NCBI GenBank assembly: GCA_964430315.1
Contig: CAYSGY010000002.1
Span: forward strand, 1 to 58,782
DNA length: 58,782 bases
Direction of reading: 5' to 3'
Origin: an uncultured Planctomycetaceae bacterium
GTDB lineage: Bacteria > Planctomycetota > Planctomycetia > Pirellulales > Thermoguttaceae
The notes beneath the pieces are model-generated. The model did not search any database. It was not told where the DNA came from and saw nothing but the letters and a program-made list of their open reading frames with translations. This document shows, one piece after another, positions 11,001 to 23,000 of the stretch; positions within the stretch are counted from its first letter, which is position 1, and every line of letters begins with the position of its first letter. The position numbers and the translations under genes are program-made.

Positions 11001-14000
11001 CCGCCGGCGTCGGCACTCGCGTTGCCGGGCCACTCGGAATCCACGCTTGTGCCCAGGTACAGATTCGGTCCGTTCGGATCGACGAAGTTCCGCGGCCCGT
11101 TGCTGGTGGCCAGCGTCTTGTGCGTGTCTGGAGCGTCCCCGAAGTCGGCAAACTGGACGATCGTGACCTGGTAGTCTTCCACCTCGCCGTGCGACGGATT
11201 GAGCGGATCGGGGTTGGCGTCCGCCGTCAGCCAGACCCGCATGGTCGTGGGCCCTTCGAGAGCATTCCACGGCACGACGACGTGGTCGATCTCGATATCG
11301 TCGTGGAGGGTTCCCGAAGGCACACCGGCGAGGGTGAGGAGGTTGTAGTTCTCATAGCCGCCGCTGCCGTCGTCGCGTTGGCCGATGACGTGTTCGGTGG
11401 ATTCAAAGGTGCCGTTGCCGTCGAAGTCGATCCACACGTTCAGGTAGGCGGTCGTGCGGACCCGCGGATCGCCGAACACATCGGTGAGCGGGTTGTGGAT
11501 GCTGACGGTCAGCTTGTTGTCGACGCCGGCCACGAAGGTCAGCTTGTTGGGATCGCTGGTATAGTCGTTGGCGACCGTGACCCCGTTGTCGTCCGAGAGG
11601 GTGGTCACGATTAGGGCGTCGAGGGCCTTCGCAACCGTTCCCGACGGATCGAACACCCGCACGCTCAGTTGTCCGTCGGTCACCGTGACCGTCCTCGTTT
11701 CCGTGGCCGTGGTCTCGGCGCCGGTGACGATGTCGAACGGCGCCAAGGACTCGATCTGGATGCGCACCGAATCGCCCGCTGCATTGCCCGCCGTCAAGGT
11801 GACGACGTAGGTGCCGTTGGGCACGTCGAGGACGAAGGTGCCGTCCCTGGTGGCGTTGTAGTCGTCGGTGAGGGCGTCTCCTCCGGCATCTCCCGAGGTG
11901 ACGGCTCCGAGCAGCCAGCCGTAGCCCAGGGCGGCGCTATAGGAAGTCTCCGCGACCGCCGTATAACCGGCGGCAAGCCTCTCCGGAGGCGCGCCCGGTG
12001 TGCCGAAGTCGAACTGCGCCGGGATCCTCGGGGGCGACGCGGGGATGTCGCGCTGGTAGGTGCCGCCGACGTGGGAGTCGTCGCCCGAGGCATCGTCGGA
12101 CGAGCGGGGGGCCGCCTCGAAATCGACGTACCCGCCGAGGTGGAAGTCGGGGTCGTAGATGCTGTTGGCCCCCGCGGCCTCGCCGGCGCCCGTGTCGTAG
12201 CTCGCCGCCGCGTCGCCGAAGTCGAGCGGCGCCGAGAGGATCGTCACGGGGTAGTCCTCGATCTCGCCGACGTCCGGCACGCCCGAGGTGGGCCCAGTGG
12301 GCAGCAGGCCCGAGGCATCGGCGCTGAACCTCGCGCGGAGGAACGTGATCGGCTGGGCCACGACGTCGTCCGGCACGGTGAAAGTGAAGGTCTTCTTCTC
12401 GCTGGCCGTTACTTCGATGTCGTTCTCAAAGAGCCTCTCGCTGGAGTCGAAGACCCCGTCGAAGTTGTAATCGATCCAGGCGTTGAAGTACCCTGTCACG
12501 CCTAACTCGTTGACGAAGTCCACCTGCATCTCGTTTGTCGCGCCGGGCCGGACGAGGAAGGTGTCGGCCGTGCTGCCGTAGGTGGTCAGGACCACGCCGT
12601 CGTCGCCGAAGTCGCCGCGGCCCGGATTGGCCGGGTCGCCCAGCCGGGCATCGGTCTCGTAGTCGACCGTCGGGCCGAGGTGGAACCGGTAATCGTACAG
12701 GTTCTTCGCGGCGTTGGTGCCGCTCACGGCCTTCGACGTGGGGTAGCCCATCGCCGGGTACGAGTTCCCGCCGAAGGTGAACGGCCGATCCGGCGCGTCG
12801 CCGTAATCGTAGGGCTCCGCGAGGACGGTGATCTGGTAGTCCTCGACCTCGCCGAAGGGGGCTTCGCCCGCGCGCGGGCCGGCGGTCAGCACGCCGTCGG
12901 GCCCGAGACCGGTCTCGCCCGGCGCGCTGAGGCGGAAGCGAACGAACGTCGGTCCGTCCGTCCTCGCGTCGGCCGGGACCGCGATGGCCGGCAGGCTGCT
13001 GCCGTCGAAGACGTTGTCGCCGATCTCGACGGCCAGATCGCTCATCACATGCTCGCCGGGATCGGTGAAGTCGCCGTCGCGGTTCCAATCGATCCACACA
13101 TTGAGGATCGGCTGCTGGCCCGCGTAGGCCCCGGAGGGCGAGCCCACCGTGACCTGGAGGCTGGCGTCCAGGCCGGGCGAGAAGGGGGAGAGGAAGGCCA
13201 CGCCGTCTTCGTCGTTGACGCCGCCGGCCGAGCTCGCATTGTCGCCCATCGCGTCGGACGAGGGCTGGCCGTCGCTCTCCGCGTCGACCAGGGCGCCGAG
13301 CGTCAGGTCCGGCACGCTTACGACCAGGGCCTGAATCGTCGCGCGCGGGTCGTCGGAGCCGCCGAGATCGTACAGGCGGACGTTCAACTGTCCGTCCTTG
13401 ACCGTGACCCAATAGGTGTGCGTCACCGGCGTCGCGGTTGCCGCGATCGCGTCGACCTGTTTTCCTTCCAGGGCGATCCCGGCGAGGTTGTGGTCCGTGC
13501 CGCTGGGATCTCCGATCGTCACCGAAACCTGGTACGTGCCGTTGGGCAGATCGACGGCAAACGTGCCGTTGTTGGTGGCGTTGTAGTCCCGTGCGAGGGC
13601 GTCAACTCCACCCGCGTCGTTCCACGAGCTGACGGTCCCGCTCTGCCAGCCGTAGGTCAGAGAGCCGGCGATGCCATAGCGGGTCGCCTCGGTGACCGGC
13701 GTGTAACCGCCCTCCACCGGGGAGCCGGCCGTGCCGAAATCGAAGCGGGTCGCGTCCGTGGGGCTGAAGCTCACGTCGTGACGGGCCCCATAATAACCCC
13801 CGCCGGCGTTGTAGACCGTCCGGTAGTTCGTGTTCGGCGCGTCGCCGAAGTCCTCGACCGACCTGGCGATTCGGATCGAATAGTCTTCCACCTCGCCGTC
13901 GGGCGCGGTCCCCACGGGCGAGAGATCGTCGGCGGTGGAGAGGCGGAAGCGGGCGAAGGTCACGCGCTCCTCAAGGCCGGCGGGCACGGTGAAGGAGACG

Positions 14001-17000
14001 TAGTTCGTGCCGACCTGCATCGGCGCCGCCGTCACCACTTGCTCGTTCGCGTCGTCCCAGTCGTGGTCGCCGTTGAAATCGATCCAGGCGCTGAGGTACC
14101 CGGCGTCGGCGCCCACGGGCAGTCCGTCCTTGGACACGCTGGCGGTGAAAGTGACGCTCTGGCCGATGACCAGCACATTGCTGAAGACGATCCCGTCGTC
14201 GTTCAGGTCGCCGCCGTCGCTGTTGGGCACTTGATAGGCGTCGTCTTCGCCCGTCACGCCGGCGCCCAGGTAGTATTGCCCCTTGACGGCGTGCGCCGCA
14301 CCGTTGTCGCGCTCGAGCGAGGGGTACTTGCCCGATTCATAGTAGGGGGCGTCGCCGAAATCGAGCGCGTAGGTGGCCACCGTGAAACTGGTGCTCTCGG
14401 GGACGCTCGGGCGGCTGAACTCCAGGGGGTTCCCGGCCAGGTCTCGGATCGTCCGGTCGGCGGGGTCGAGCGTGACCTCGTACAAAGGGTTGAGCGTGAT
14501 CTTGTAGATCCAGTTCCGGTCCCACACGCCCTGGCTCGGGTAGATCGTGATCTTGTCGTTCGTGACGTCGTACGAGTAGAGGTAATCGACGTCGCCCACG
14601 AGCGTCGTGGAGTCGGTATACGTCGTGTAGTCGACGTAGCCGACCGGGTTGACCTTCTCGATCTTGATGATGCTCGACAAGGCGGGTTGGGTCTTGTCCA
14701 ACGTGGCGTCGTCGATCCCCACGCCGTTGATGTCGTAGAGTTGAAGGGTGAAGGCATTGAGGTACGACTGGTGGACTTCCACGTCGAGCAACGCGCCGTT
14801 CACGTCCAGGGTGCCGTTGTCGGCGGGGTTGACGATGGCCACGGTCGGGCCGGTGGTGTCGATGCGGTCGATCGCCCCGCGGTCCTTGTAGACGTTCTGG
14901 CCCACGCCGCCGGAGGGCGCCACGTCGGCGTCGTCGGCCCGCTTCTGGCCATAGTAGTCGTAGTCCGGGGCCCAGATCGGCGAGTCGGGGATGCCCAGCG
15001 GCAGCCGAATGGCCGACATCTCGGGGCGTTCGGCCAGTTGGTCGAGCGAGCTGTCGATGGCCTGGCTGCCCGCCGCCGGGATGAAATTCCGCTGCGATTC
15101 GTTGACGAAGGGCGACTGGTTGACCCCGAGTTGGATCGCGTAGCTGCCGACTCCCACGTTGCTGTTCTGCACGGCGTTGCCCTGGTACAGGGTGGCCTCG
15201 ATCACGGTCGAGGTCGAGGTGCCGTCGACATAGATGCCGCGGCTCAGCCGGGCGACGATGTTGTTCATGAGCGTGGGGCTGGCGTTCTGGTCCACCAGGA
15301 TGCCGGTGCCGCGCTGGGCGGCGGCCGGCAGGGCGGGGTCGGTGGGGGCGAAGCCGTAGATCGTGTTGTTCACGATCCGTCCGAACGGCACCGCCGCCCG
15401 GGGCCCGGCCGCGTTGTCGCCGCTGAAATGGATCCCGCCGCCGTTCTGGTAGTCCTGGTTCCGCCCGTTGCCCACCAGCACGTTGTTGCTGATCATGATC
15501 CCCGGCACGTACCCTTCGACGTTCGGCCAGTTGAGCGAGACCTGCGGCAAGGGGAAGCCCGGATGCGCCGAGTTCGGCTGGGCGCTGTCGCCCGGCACCC
15601 AGTACTTCTGGCCGCTGTCCCGCGCGCTGGAGTCGACGTTGACCCCGAAGTACGCGCAGTCGCTGATTCGATTGGCGTCGATGACGATCTGGCCCTGGGA
15701 ACGCGGGTGGTTCGCGTCGCCGTAGCCGGTGTTGATCGCGTGGTACACGCCGTTGGAGGTCCCGGTCAACTGGTTCGCCAATCCCCCGCCGGAGCTCATC
15801 CAGTAGATGTCGTACTCGCCCGTGGCGTTGGAGGCGAAGACCACCTGGCTGCCGAAGATGTCGATGGCCGGCTCCACGTCCGACGAAGACTCGGTGGTCA
15901 GCCACGGATTCGCGCTGCCCGCGATGATCCAGACGTCGTTGTTGCCCCGGCGGTCCGTCTGGTAGACGATCACGTCGAGCCCGCCGTACGAAGGATAGGT
16001 GTCCCTCGCGGGGTTGTTCGTCATGTTCGTCGGGTTCGAGCCGTCGGAGTTCATCACGTAGATCTCTTCGTTGCCATCCACATCCGAAGAGTAGACGATC
16101 TTCGAGCCGTCCAGATTGAACGCCGGGTGGCGGTCGGCGAAGCCGGTGTTGTTGGTCAGCTTGGTCGGGTTGGGCGTGGGGTAGTTGAGCTCCAGCCGGT
16201 AGACTTCATAATCTCCGTCCTCGTCGCTGGAGTAGATCAAGTAGGCAGTCCCGGTCGCTTGCTCGACGCCGAACTTGGCGTCGACGACATTGCCGCCGCC
16301 GCCGTTCACCTTGTTGAGCAGGCTGTTGATCACGAGTCCATAGCCAATCCCCGTCGTGGAAGCCCCGGGAACCGGCAGCAACTTAAGCTGGTACTTGCCG
16401 GACCCCGTCTTGGACGAGTAGAGAACGCAGTCGCCCACGAGAACGTTCGAAGTCATGTCGATCGTGAGGTAGATGGGCTCGATATTGTCGACGTTCGTGG
16501 CGGTGTTCGTGAGCTTGACAACGTTCGACCCGTCGGCGTCCATGACGTAGATCTCGTTGTTCCCGTCCTCGTTGGAGACGTAGGCGATCTTCGTCCCGCT
16601 TTTGGCCGGAGTGATCGTATCGATGTTGAACGACGGGTAGTGCTTCTGCGAGATGGCACCGGCGTCGATGGGGTAGGCCTTGTACGAGGAGCCGTAGTTG
16701 TTGTTCTCGATGCCGCTCACCCAGGTCGCGCCGAACAGGTCCACGTGGTTGCTCGTGCCGGCCGGGAGCGAAGCGGTGACGTCGATCCAATCGGCGCTCG
16801 TCTTGTTGTTCGTGTAGTAGCTGTTGATCTGGCCGGCGATCTTCGCGGCCACGCTCGCGGCGGATTCGTTGGCGCCGATCGAGACCGTGAACGTGTGCTT
16901 GTTGACGCCGTCGCCGATGGTGAAGGTCTTGTTGCTGGCGCTTGCGCCGCCGGCCGGGGCGAGGATCGAGATCGCGTCGGTGAACCGGTCGTTGGTATCG

Positions 17001-20000
17001 TAGGCCGCCCAGAGGTTCAGGAGGTTCGGCGTGGTGCCTTGGGGGCCCGGGTCGTAGGTGCCGTAGGGGGCGGCGGCCCGAATCTCGACCTGGTACGCCC
17101 CGTCCGTAATCGCAAACTGGTAGGTGCCCGACATGTACTTCGTACTGTAGGGATACGCGACGTCGTATCGCGTTCTCGAGTCCGCGGCCTGGAAGACGTT
17201 CGTGGTCGTCTGGATCGCGGGCGACCCGGTGACCATTTCCCCCCGCTCCGTGCAGCCGATGATGATGTCGTCGACGTAGAACCCGTCGTAGTGATTGCTC
17301 TGCCCGGGGAGATTGTCCAGGGTGGGGGTGCTGTAGTTGTTGCCGGTATCGGTGTAGATCCGCGTGTCGAACGAGAATCGGAGGGTGAGGCTGGTTTCAC
17401 CGGCGTAGTTGCTCAGATCGATCTTAGCCTGACGCCACCCGGTGTTGGCGTGGAGCTTCGTGCCGCCGTTCTGGCGCACGGCCTGGTTGATCGAAGGATT
17501 GCTCACCGAGCCGCCTTCCATGTCGACGCTCGTCGCGATGACCGTCCAGGTGGAGCCGTTGTCTTTGGAGATGTAGACCTTAGCGCCGTCGTACTGATCG
17601 CCCCCCTGCGTGCTCAGGAAGTAGGTGAAGTAGAGCGCCGGCTTATCGGCAGCGCCGTACCCGTAGAGGCTGAAGGAATCGGTGGTCAGGGTGCCGTAGG
17701 CCCCGCCGGGCACGTCGTAGGTGCCGCGTCCGCCGGAGGCCGCGGACGCCGAGAGCCCGCTGGCGGTCAGCAGGGAAGTATCCGCGGTGAAGACCGAGGA
17801 ACTCCGGTCCGTGTAATTGATGGCCCCAGGCTGGTTGTTGTAGCCGGTCCAGTTCGTCCAGGTCATCGACCTCCCGTTGACGGTTGCGGCCCTCGGGTCC
17901 TCCAATCCGAAGTAGAAGCTCAAGTTGCCGGTGGAGCTGGCGGTGGCGCTGGGATATCCGCTCTGGGTCGGACCCCCGGAGGTGGGCGAGCGGCTGCTGT
18001 CGTAGGTGGCGCTCAGGCCGTGACCGGCGTCGGTGGCACGGGAGAGCGAGGCGTGCCAGAGGTTGTAATCGACGTTCGTGAACGCCAACCCGGTCGCCGA
18101 GGTGAGGCCGGTGCTGATGTTGTTGGCGTTGCCGCTGAAGACGTTTTGGAGAGTGCCGTTGGTATCGAACGCATAGACCCTCCCGTTCGACGTCGTCGCG
18201 AAGAGGAGGTCTTTGTATGCGCCTCCTTCGACGTTTTGAGGGCCGACCGTCAGTCCGCTGAATGCCACGCCCAGGTTCGCGACGAGCACCAGCCTCGGAC
18301 CGTTCGCGGCATCCTTGACTACGGAATTGGGGAAGTTCGGGTCGGTGCTGCCGTTGGTGTCGTCGGCGGCGCTGGCGCCCCACAACGAAGTCGACAAACT
18401 GCCCGCCGCCGCGTTTCCGATCGTGTAGGGGTTGCCGCTGGCATTGGTCATGCGGTAGAGATTTCCGGCGGCGTCGACCGCGTAGAAGTAGCCGTTCGCA
18501 AACGCCAGCCCCGTGATGTTCGCCGTAATCGTATCGAAGATCGCCAACGGGATGATGTCGCTGGTGAGACGCGTGGTGGTCGAGGTTCCCGGCTTCTGCA
18601 CCGCGGTCCCGTCGGGACCGAGCAGGTACAGCAGGTTGTGCTGGTAAACCTCGTACGCGTCGGACGGGTTGTTGGGGTGGGTGCCGCTGCTGGGCATGTT
18701 GCCGATGGCCAGCATGTAGCGCGGGTTGCTCCCGGACGAGGTCGAGCCGGTCACGACAGGCGTGCTGGTGGGGTCGTAGGCCATCGCGTTGAAGCTGATC
18801 CCGAGGTCGTAAGACACGGCCGCCGAAGTGGCCGGGTTGGTCGCAGCCTGTTCGCCCGTATTGATGCCGTTGTTGGCGCTCGGCGTCGGGTTCGCGGCGA
18901 CCGTGACGCCCGTGTTGAGCTCTTGCAGACGCCCGACGTTCGCCTTCCCTGTCCCCGAACCCGCGACGGCCTGGAGGTGCCCGTCGTTGCGCATCGCCAG
19001 GTCCTGATACACGTTTCCCAAGGGAAGGGTCGCCGACGTGCCGGTGACGTCGCTTGTCCGGGTGCCCGTGTACGGGTTGACCGTGAAAAGGTCGCTACCA
19101 CTGAGCACGTAGAGGCTCACGTCGCCGAAGGTGAGGTCGTCGGCGTAGGTGTTCAGTTCCGTGATCTTGGTCTGGAAACTGGCGCTGTTGTCGTACTGCG
19201 ACGCCCAATCGTCGCCGTTGGTAACATTGAACAACAGGCCCTGGGCCGAGTCCTTGGCGACGCCGGAGTAGTCGCTCACGCCGATGTGGTCCTCGATGAT
19301 CCGCTGGACCGAGTTGACCGGCTCGCGGCGCAGGAGGCGGCTGGCCACGCTGGTGGCGTCGGTCCGGTCCTGGGCGTATTCGTCCAGGATCGAGGGGACC
19401 TCGTAGCGGTTGGCCACGGCCACGTTGTACACGGTCGGCGAGACGCCGAAGGGGGTGTTGGCCGTCGGCAGGTAGACCGGGCCGATGAGCGGATCCAACG
19501 GGCCGAACGAGCCTGCGTCGAGGTTCGTCGAGTCGGTTCCCACGTTGGGCCGCTGCTGGTCGTCGGCCACGCTGGAATCCTGGCCGATGAGGATCAACTG
19601 GTTGTTGGCGTCGAAGACATAGACCGACGTGTCGGGCCGGTTCATGCCGCTGGCGTAGTCGAGGTCGATCGTGACCGGCCACTGCGTCCTGTTGGCGCCG
19701 ACCGCCTGGATCCCGTTGAGCCCCATCTGGAACTGGGTGAAATCGACGTCGCTCATCCCGGAGAGGCTGCCGCCCCAGGCGATCACTTCCTGGTCGGTGG
19801 CCAGGAGGTTGCCGAGCTGCTGGGTCGTGCTCACGGTGTTGTTGGACGCCCCGCCGGTCGCCTCGATCTCGATCGACTCGCCGAGGATCGGCGAGTGCAT
19901 GGGCTGGCCGATGATTTCGATGCCGTTGGTGGCGTAGCGGATGTCGGCGTGGGTCACCGTGCATCCGGCGAACTGCTGCTCCTCCTGGAGCCGGATCTGC

Positions 20001-23000
20001 AACTGGTAGGCGCCCGTCGGGTTGGCCTGCTTCACGGCGCTGGTGCCCGCGTTGAAGCGAATCGTCGAGCCGCTAAGCAGGGTGAGTTTCACGGCGCCGT
20101 CGACCGCCTCGGCGGTGACGCCCAGAAGCGTCGCGACGTTGGCGGCGTTGATCTTGTCACGCACCAACTGGGCGATCTGGGCCGGCGTCTCGTTGCCGAC
20201 ATATCCGATAATCGAGGGATCGGTCCCGGCATAGCCTAGCTGGAACTTGAACTTCACGAACTTCGCCGTCGAGGTCGTTGCGTCGGCTCCCGCGTCGAGC
20301 GAGAACTTCATGCTGTTCGGCACCGCGGCGCTGTTCGCCAGAATGCCGTCGCTGAGGAAGAAGTACTGGCCGTTCTGGATCTGGCTGCCGGAGGGCATGT
20401 CGAGCATGTTCACCGCGGCATGGACGCGCACGTAGTAGTCGGGCAGGCGCAGGGGGTCGAGCGCGTAGGGCAAGACGACGCGGAAGCCGGCGTCGCGCGG
20501 GTTGGTCGTATAGAAATCGCTGACCGTCCAGACCGAGTTGCGCAGGGTGCGGGCCAGGCCGTAGTCGCCTTCGAGGTAGCCCTGGGGATCGTCGTTCGCG
20601 TCGTCGGGGATCTCCGTGCCCGAGTCGTCGGACCAGGCCAACACGTTGCCGTTGAAATCGACCAGTTCGACCTGGGTGTCCAAGGAGAACTCGGTGCGGT
20701 CGATATCGATCCAAACCTCGCTTCCCGGCGTGCCTGTGAACCGATACATGTCGGCATCGGACGGCGCGTCGTGGCGGATCGTGCCCTGGACTTGGAAGCC
20801 GAGCCGCTGGACGTCGTCGCCCGACTTGGAATCGGGGGCCAGCGTGCCCAGATACTGCGATTTTGCCGGGGTGGAATTGGCGTCGGCGCTGCTGCCGACG
20901 GTGGCCTCCAACTCGTTGATCGCGGCGACATTGATGTCGTTGGCATAGGTGGCGATCTTGATGCTTCGCCAATTGCCGGGTTGCGGAGTTGTGAGGCTGC
21001 CGTTGCCGTTGGTGTCGTACTGCGGGGCCTGGTTGCCGCCCGGCTTGTAGCCGGCGGGAACCGTGTCGTCGGCGAGCGAGGTGAACACCACGGGATGGCT
21101 TCCGGTGCCGATCACGTGGATCGTGCCGCCGATGCGGTCATCGATCTCCGTGGGGGTCCCCTGGGCCGTGAAGCCGGCGCTGGCGCCGGAGAGCTTGATG
21201 ACCAGGCTTTCCGTGTCGCTGCTCTGGAGCCGAAGGCCGCCGTAGTGGTGGAAGTTGTCGATGACGATCTCGCTGAACAAGACGTGGGCGATGTCGGTAT
21301 CGTCCCAGACCGATTCGTTCTGAAGAACGCAGTTGCCGCGGACGAGCAATCCATTGAGCCTTTGTTCGTTCCCGGTGGGGCTCTGGTTGGGGCTCTGGTT
21401 CAGGAGGTTCAACCGGATCAGCGGGCCGTAGTTGGCGTCGAACCGGCCGAAAGCGCCCAGCGGCAGCGACTCGCCGGAGGCGCCGGCGGAAGCCTCCGGG
21501 TTGGGCGTGCTGCGCCCCCAGTCGGCGGTGACGTTGGCCGACATCGCGCCGGCGTCGATGCTCATCACCGCGCCCTGGTTGTTGAGGAAGGTGTTGCCCA
21601 CGATCACGGGCTGGGAGCCGCGAATGAAGATCGTCGAGTCGTCGGTCCACCCGCGCCCGTTGCGGTTCCCCGCCGCCTGCGCGGCGTTGTACTCGAAGAG
21701 GCTGTTGGTGATTCTCGCGTCGGCCTGGCGGATCTCGATCGGGTTGAAGGTGGCGGAACTCCCTTCGATGGACGACAGCCCGCCCGCATAGTAGACCCGG
21801 GCCCAGTCGAGGCTGGCTTTGGCCAGCGGGCCGAGACTCAAGCCGGACCAGTTCCCCGCAGCGGCGGAGGTCGACGACTTGTCGTTCGACGTGTCGAACG
21901 TGCCGCCGGCGCCGTACCGGTCGTCGAACAAGGAGGTGAAGATCACCGGGGCGTTCTGGGTCCCCTCGGCGATCAGGTGCCCGCCCATCTCCGTCTCGAT
22001 CCGGCTGCTGCTGAACTTCAGCACCACGCCCGGATCGACCTTCAAACGGGCGCTGATCCCGCCGTTGATCAATCCCCCGGGAGAACTCGAAATCTTCAGG
22101 ACTTCCTGAATCACGTGGACGATATCGCGATCGTCGAACGTGGCGGCGACGTCGAGCGTGTCGACCATGTTGCCGTAGCGGTCCCGGGAAATACGGACGA
22201 ACATCCCGTTGATGCTGTTGTCGGCGAGGTAGTTGCCGTGGATGTCCGGACCGACCCGGTCGTAGTCGGCGGCGAAGTTGTACGGGTCGCCGGTGAGAGT
22301 GCTCCACTCGAACCGCGATTCCTCGAAGCTGTTCGGATCGGCCGAGATGGCGGCGTCCTTGCTGCGGGAGATGACGTTGAAGGAGACCGTGGGCCGGGCC
22401 CGGACCAGATGGACCGCGTCGTAGGTGTCCGTCACCCCGAAAACGCTCACCTGGCCGCCGCCGTAGCGGATGTCGGCGTGGTTGACGTAGTTGAGGAAGA
22501 TCCCGTCCTGCTCGTAAACCTGCCGACTCGGATCGGTGCTCATCGCGTCGTAGTCGACGTTGTTCCGGAACACCAGCCCGCCCCAGTCGCCCTTGGCGGG
22601 GAGTGTGGTGTTGGTGAACGTGTCGTTCCCGACCGACTGATCGTTGTAAGAAGTGAAGTAGACGCTGTTGCAGGGCGTGCCGAGGACCTGGAGCACGCCC
22701 CGGCTGCGATCGCCGGCCAACCCCGGCATGGAACTCCCCACGTCGATGTTGGCCTGGCGAAGCTTGATGACGGCGCCGGCGTCGATCATCACGGTGACGC
22801 CCCTGGGGACGTCCATCGTGGCGCCGTCGCTGAGCGTTTCGCCGTAATTGTTGTAGCCGATCTCGTAGGCCAGGTTGTCCTGCAGGGTGTCGGTGATCGA
22901 GCTGTTGCCCGCGTCGAAGAAGACCGAGCGTCCGGACAACATCACCTGGGAGCCGGACCGAGTCGCCGTGATCTTCAATCGCCCGGCGGCGTTCTCCGCG

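Larger units (their letters stand above)
8003..14365 (-). repeat. Array of nine GEVED modules in giant A
   Basis: Each module runs from [DE]-[FY]-G-D-A-P-D...Y-P-[TS]...N-G-x-x-H...D-D-E-D-G-V...[AV]-W-I-D-[FYW]-[ND]-x-[DN]-G-x-[FW]...R-[FV]-R-L-S to G-E-[VI]-E-D-Y. On the plus strand the GE[VI]EDY codon blocks start at 13881, 12836, 12251, 11171, 10649, 9962, 9383, 8684 and 8003. The GEVED family name is recalled from Pfam/NCBIfam. Confidence 0.8.

Noticed and set aside
12680-20239. 2,519-aa plus-strand ORF inside giant A, together with 2228..4012, 4019..5560, 5816..7939, 7952..9100, 9557..10735, 20420..23296 and similar ORFs
   Set aside because: All are antisense or off-frame to the 7,910-codon ORF. 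Their compositions (runs of R, G, V, D and H) are low-complexity mirror images of the sense-frame codon bias. They lack ribosome-binding sites and domain motifs.
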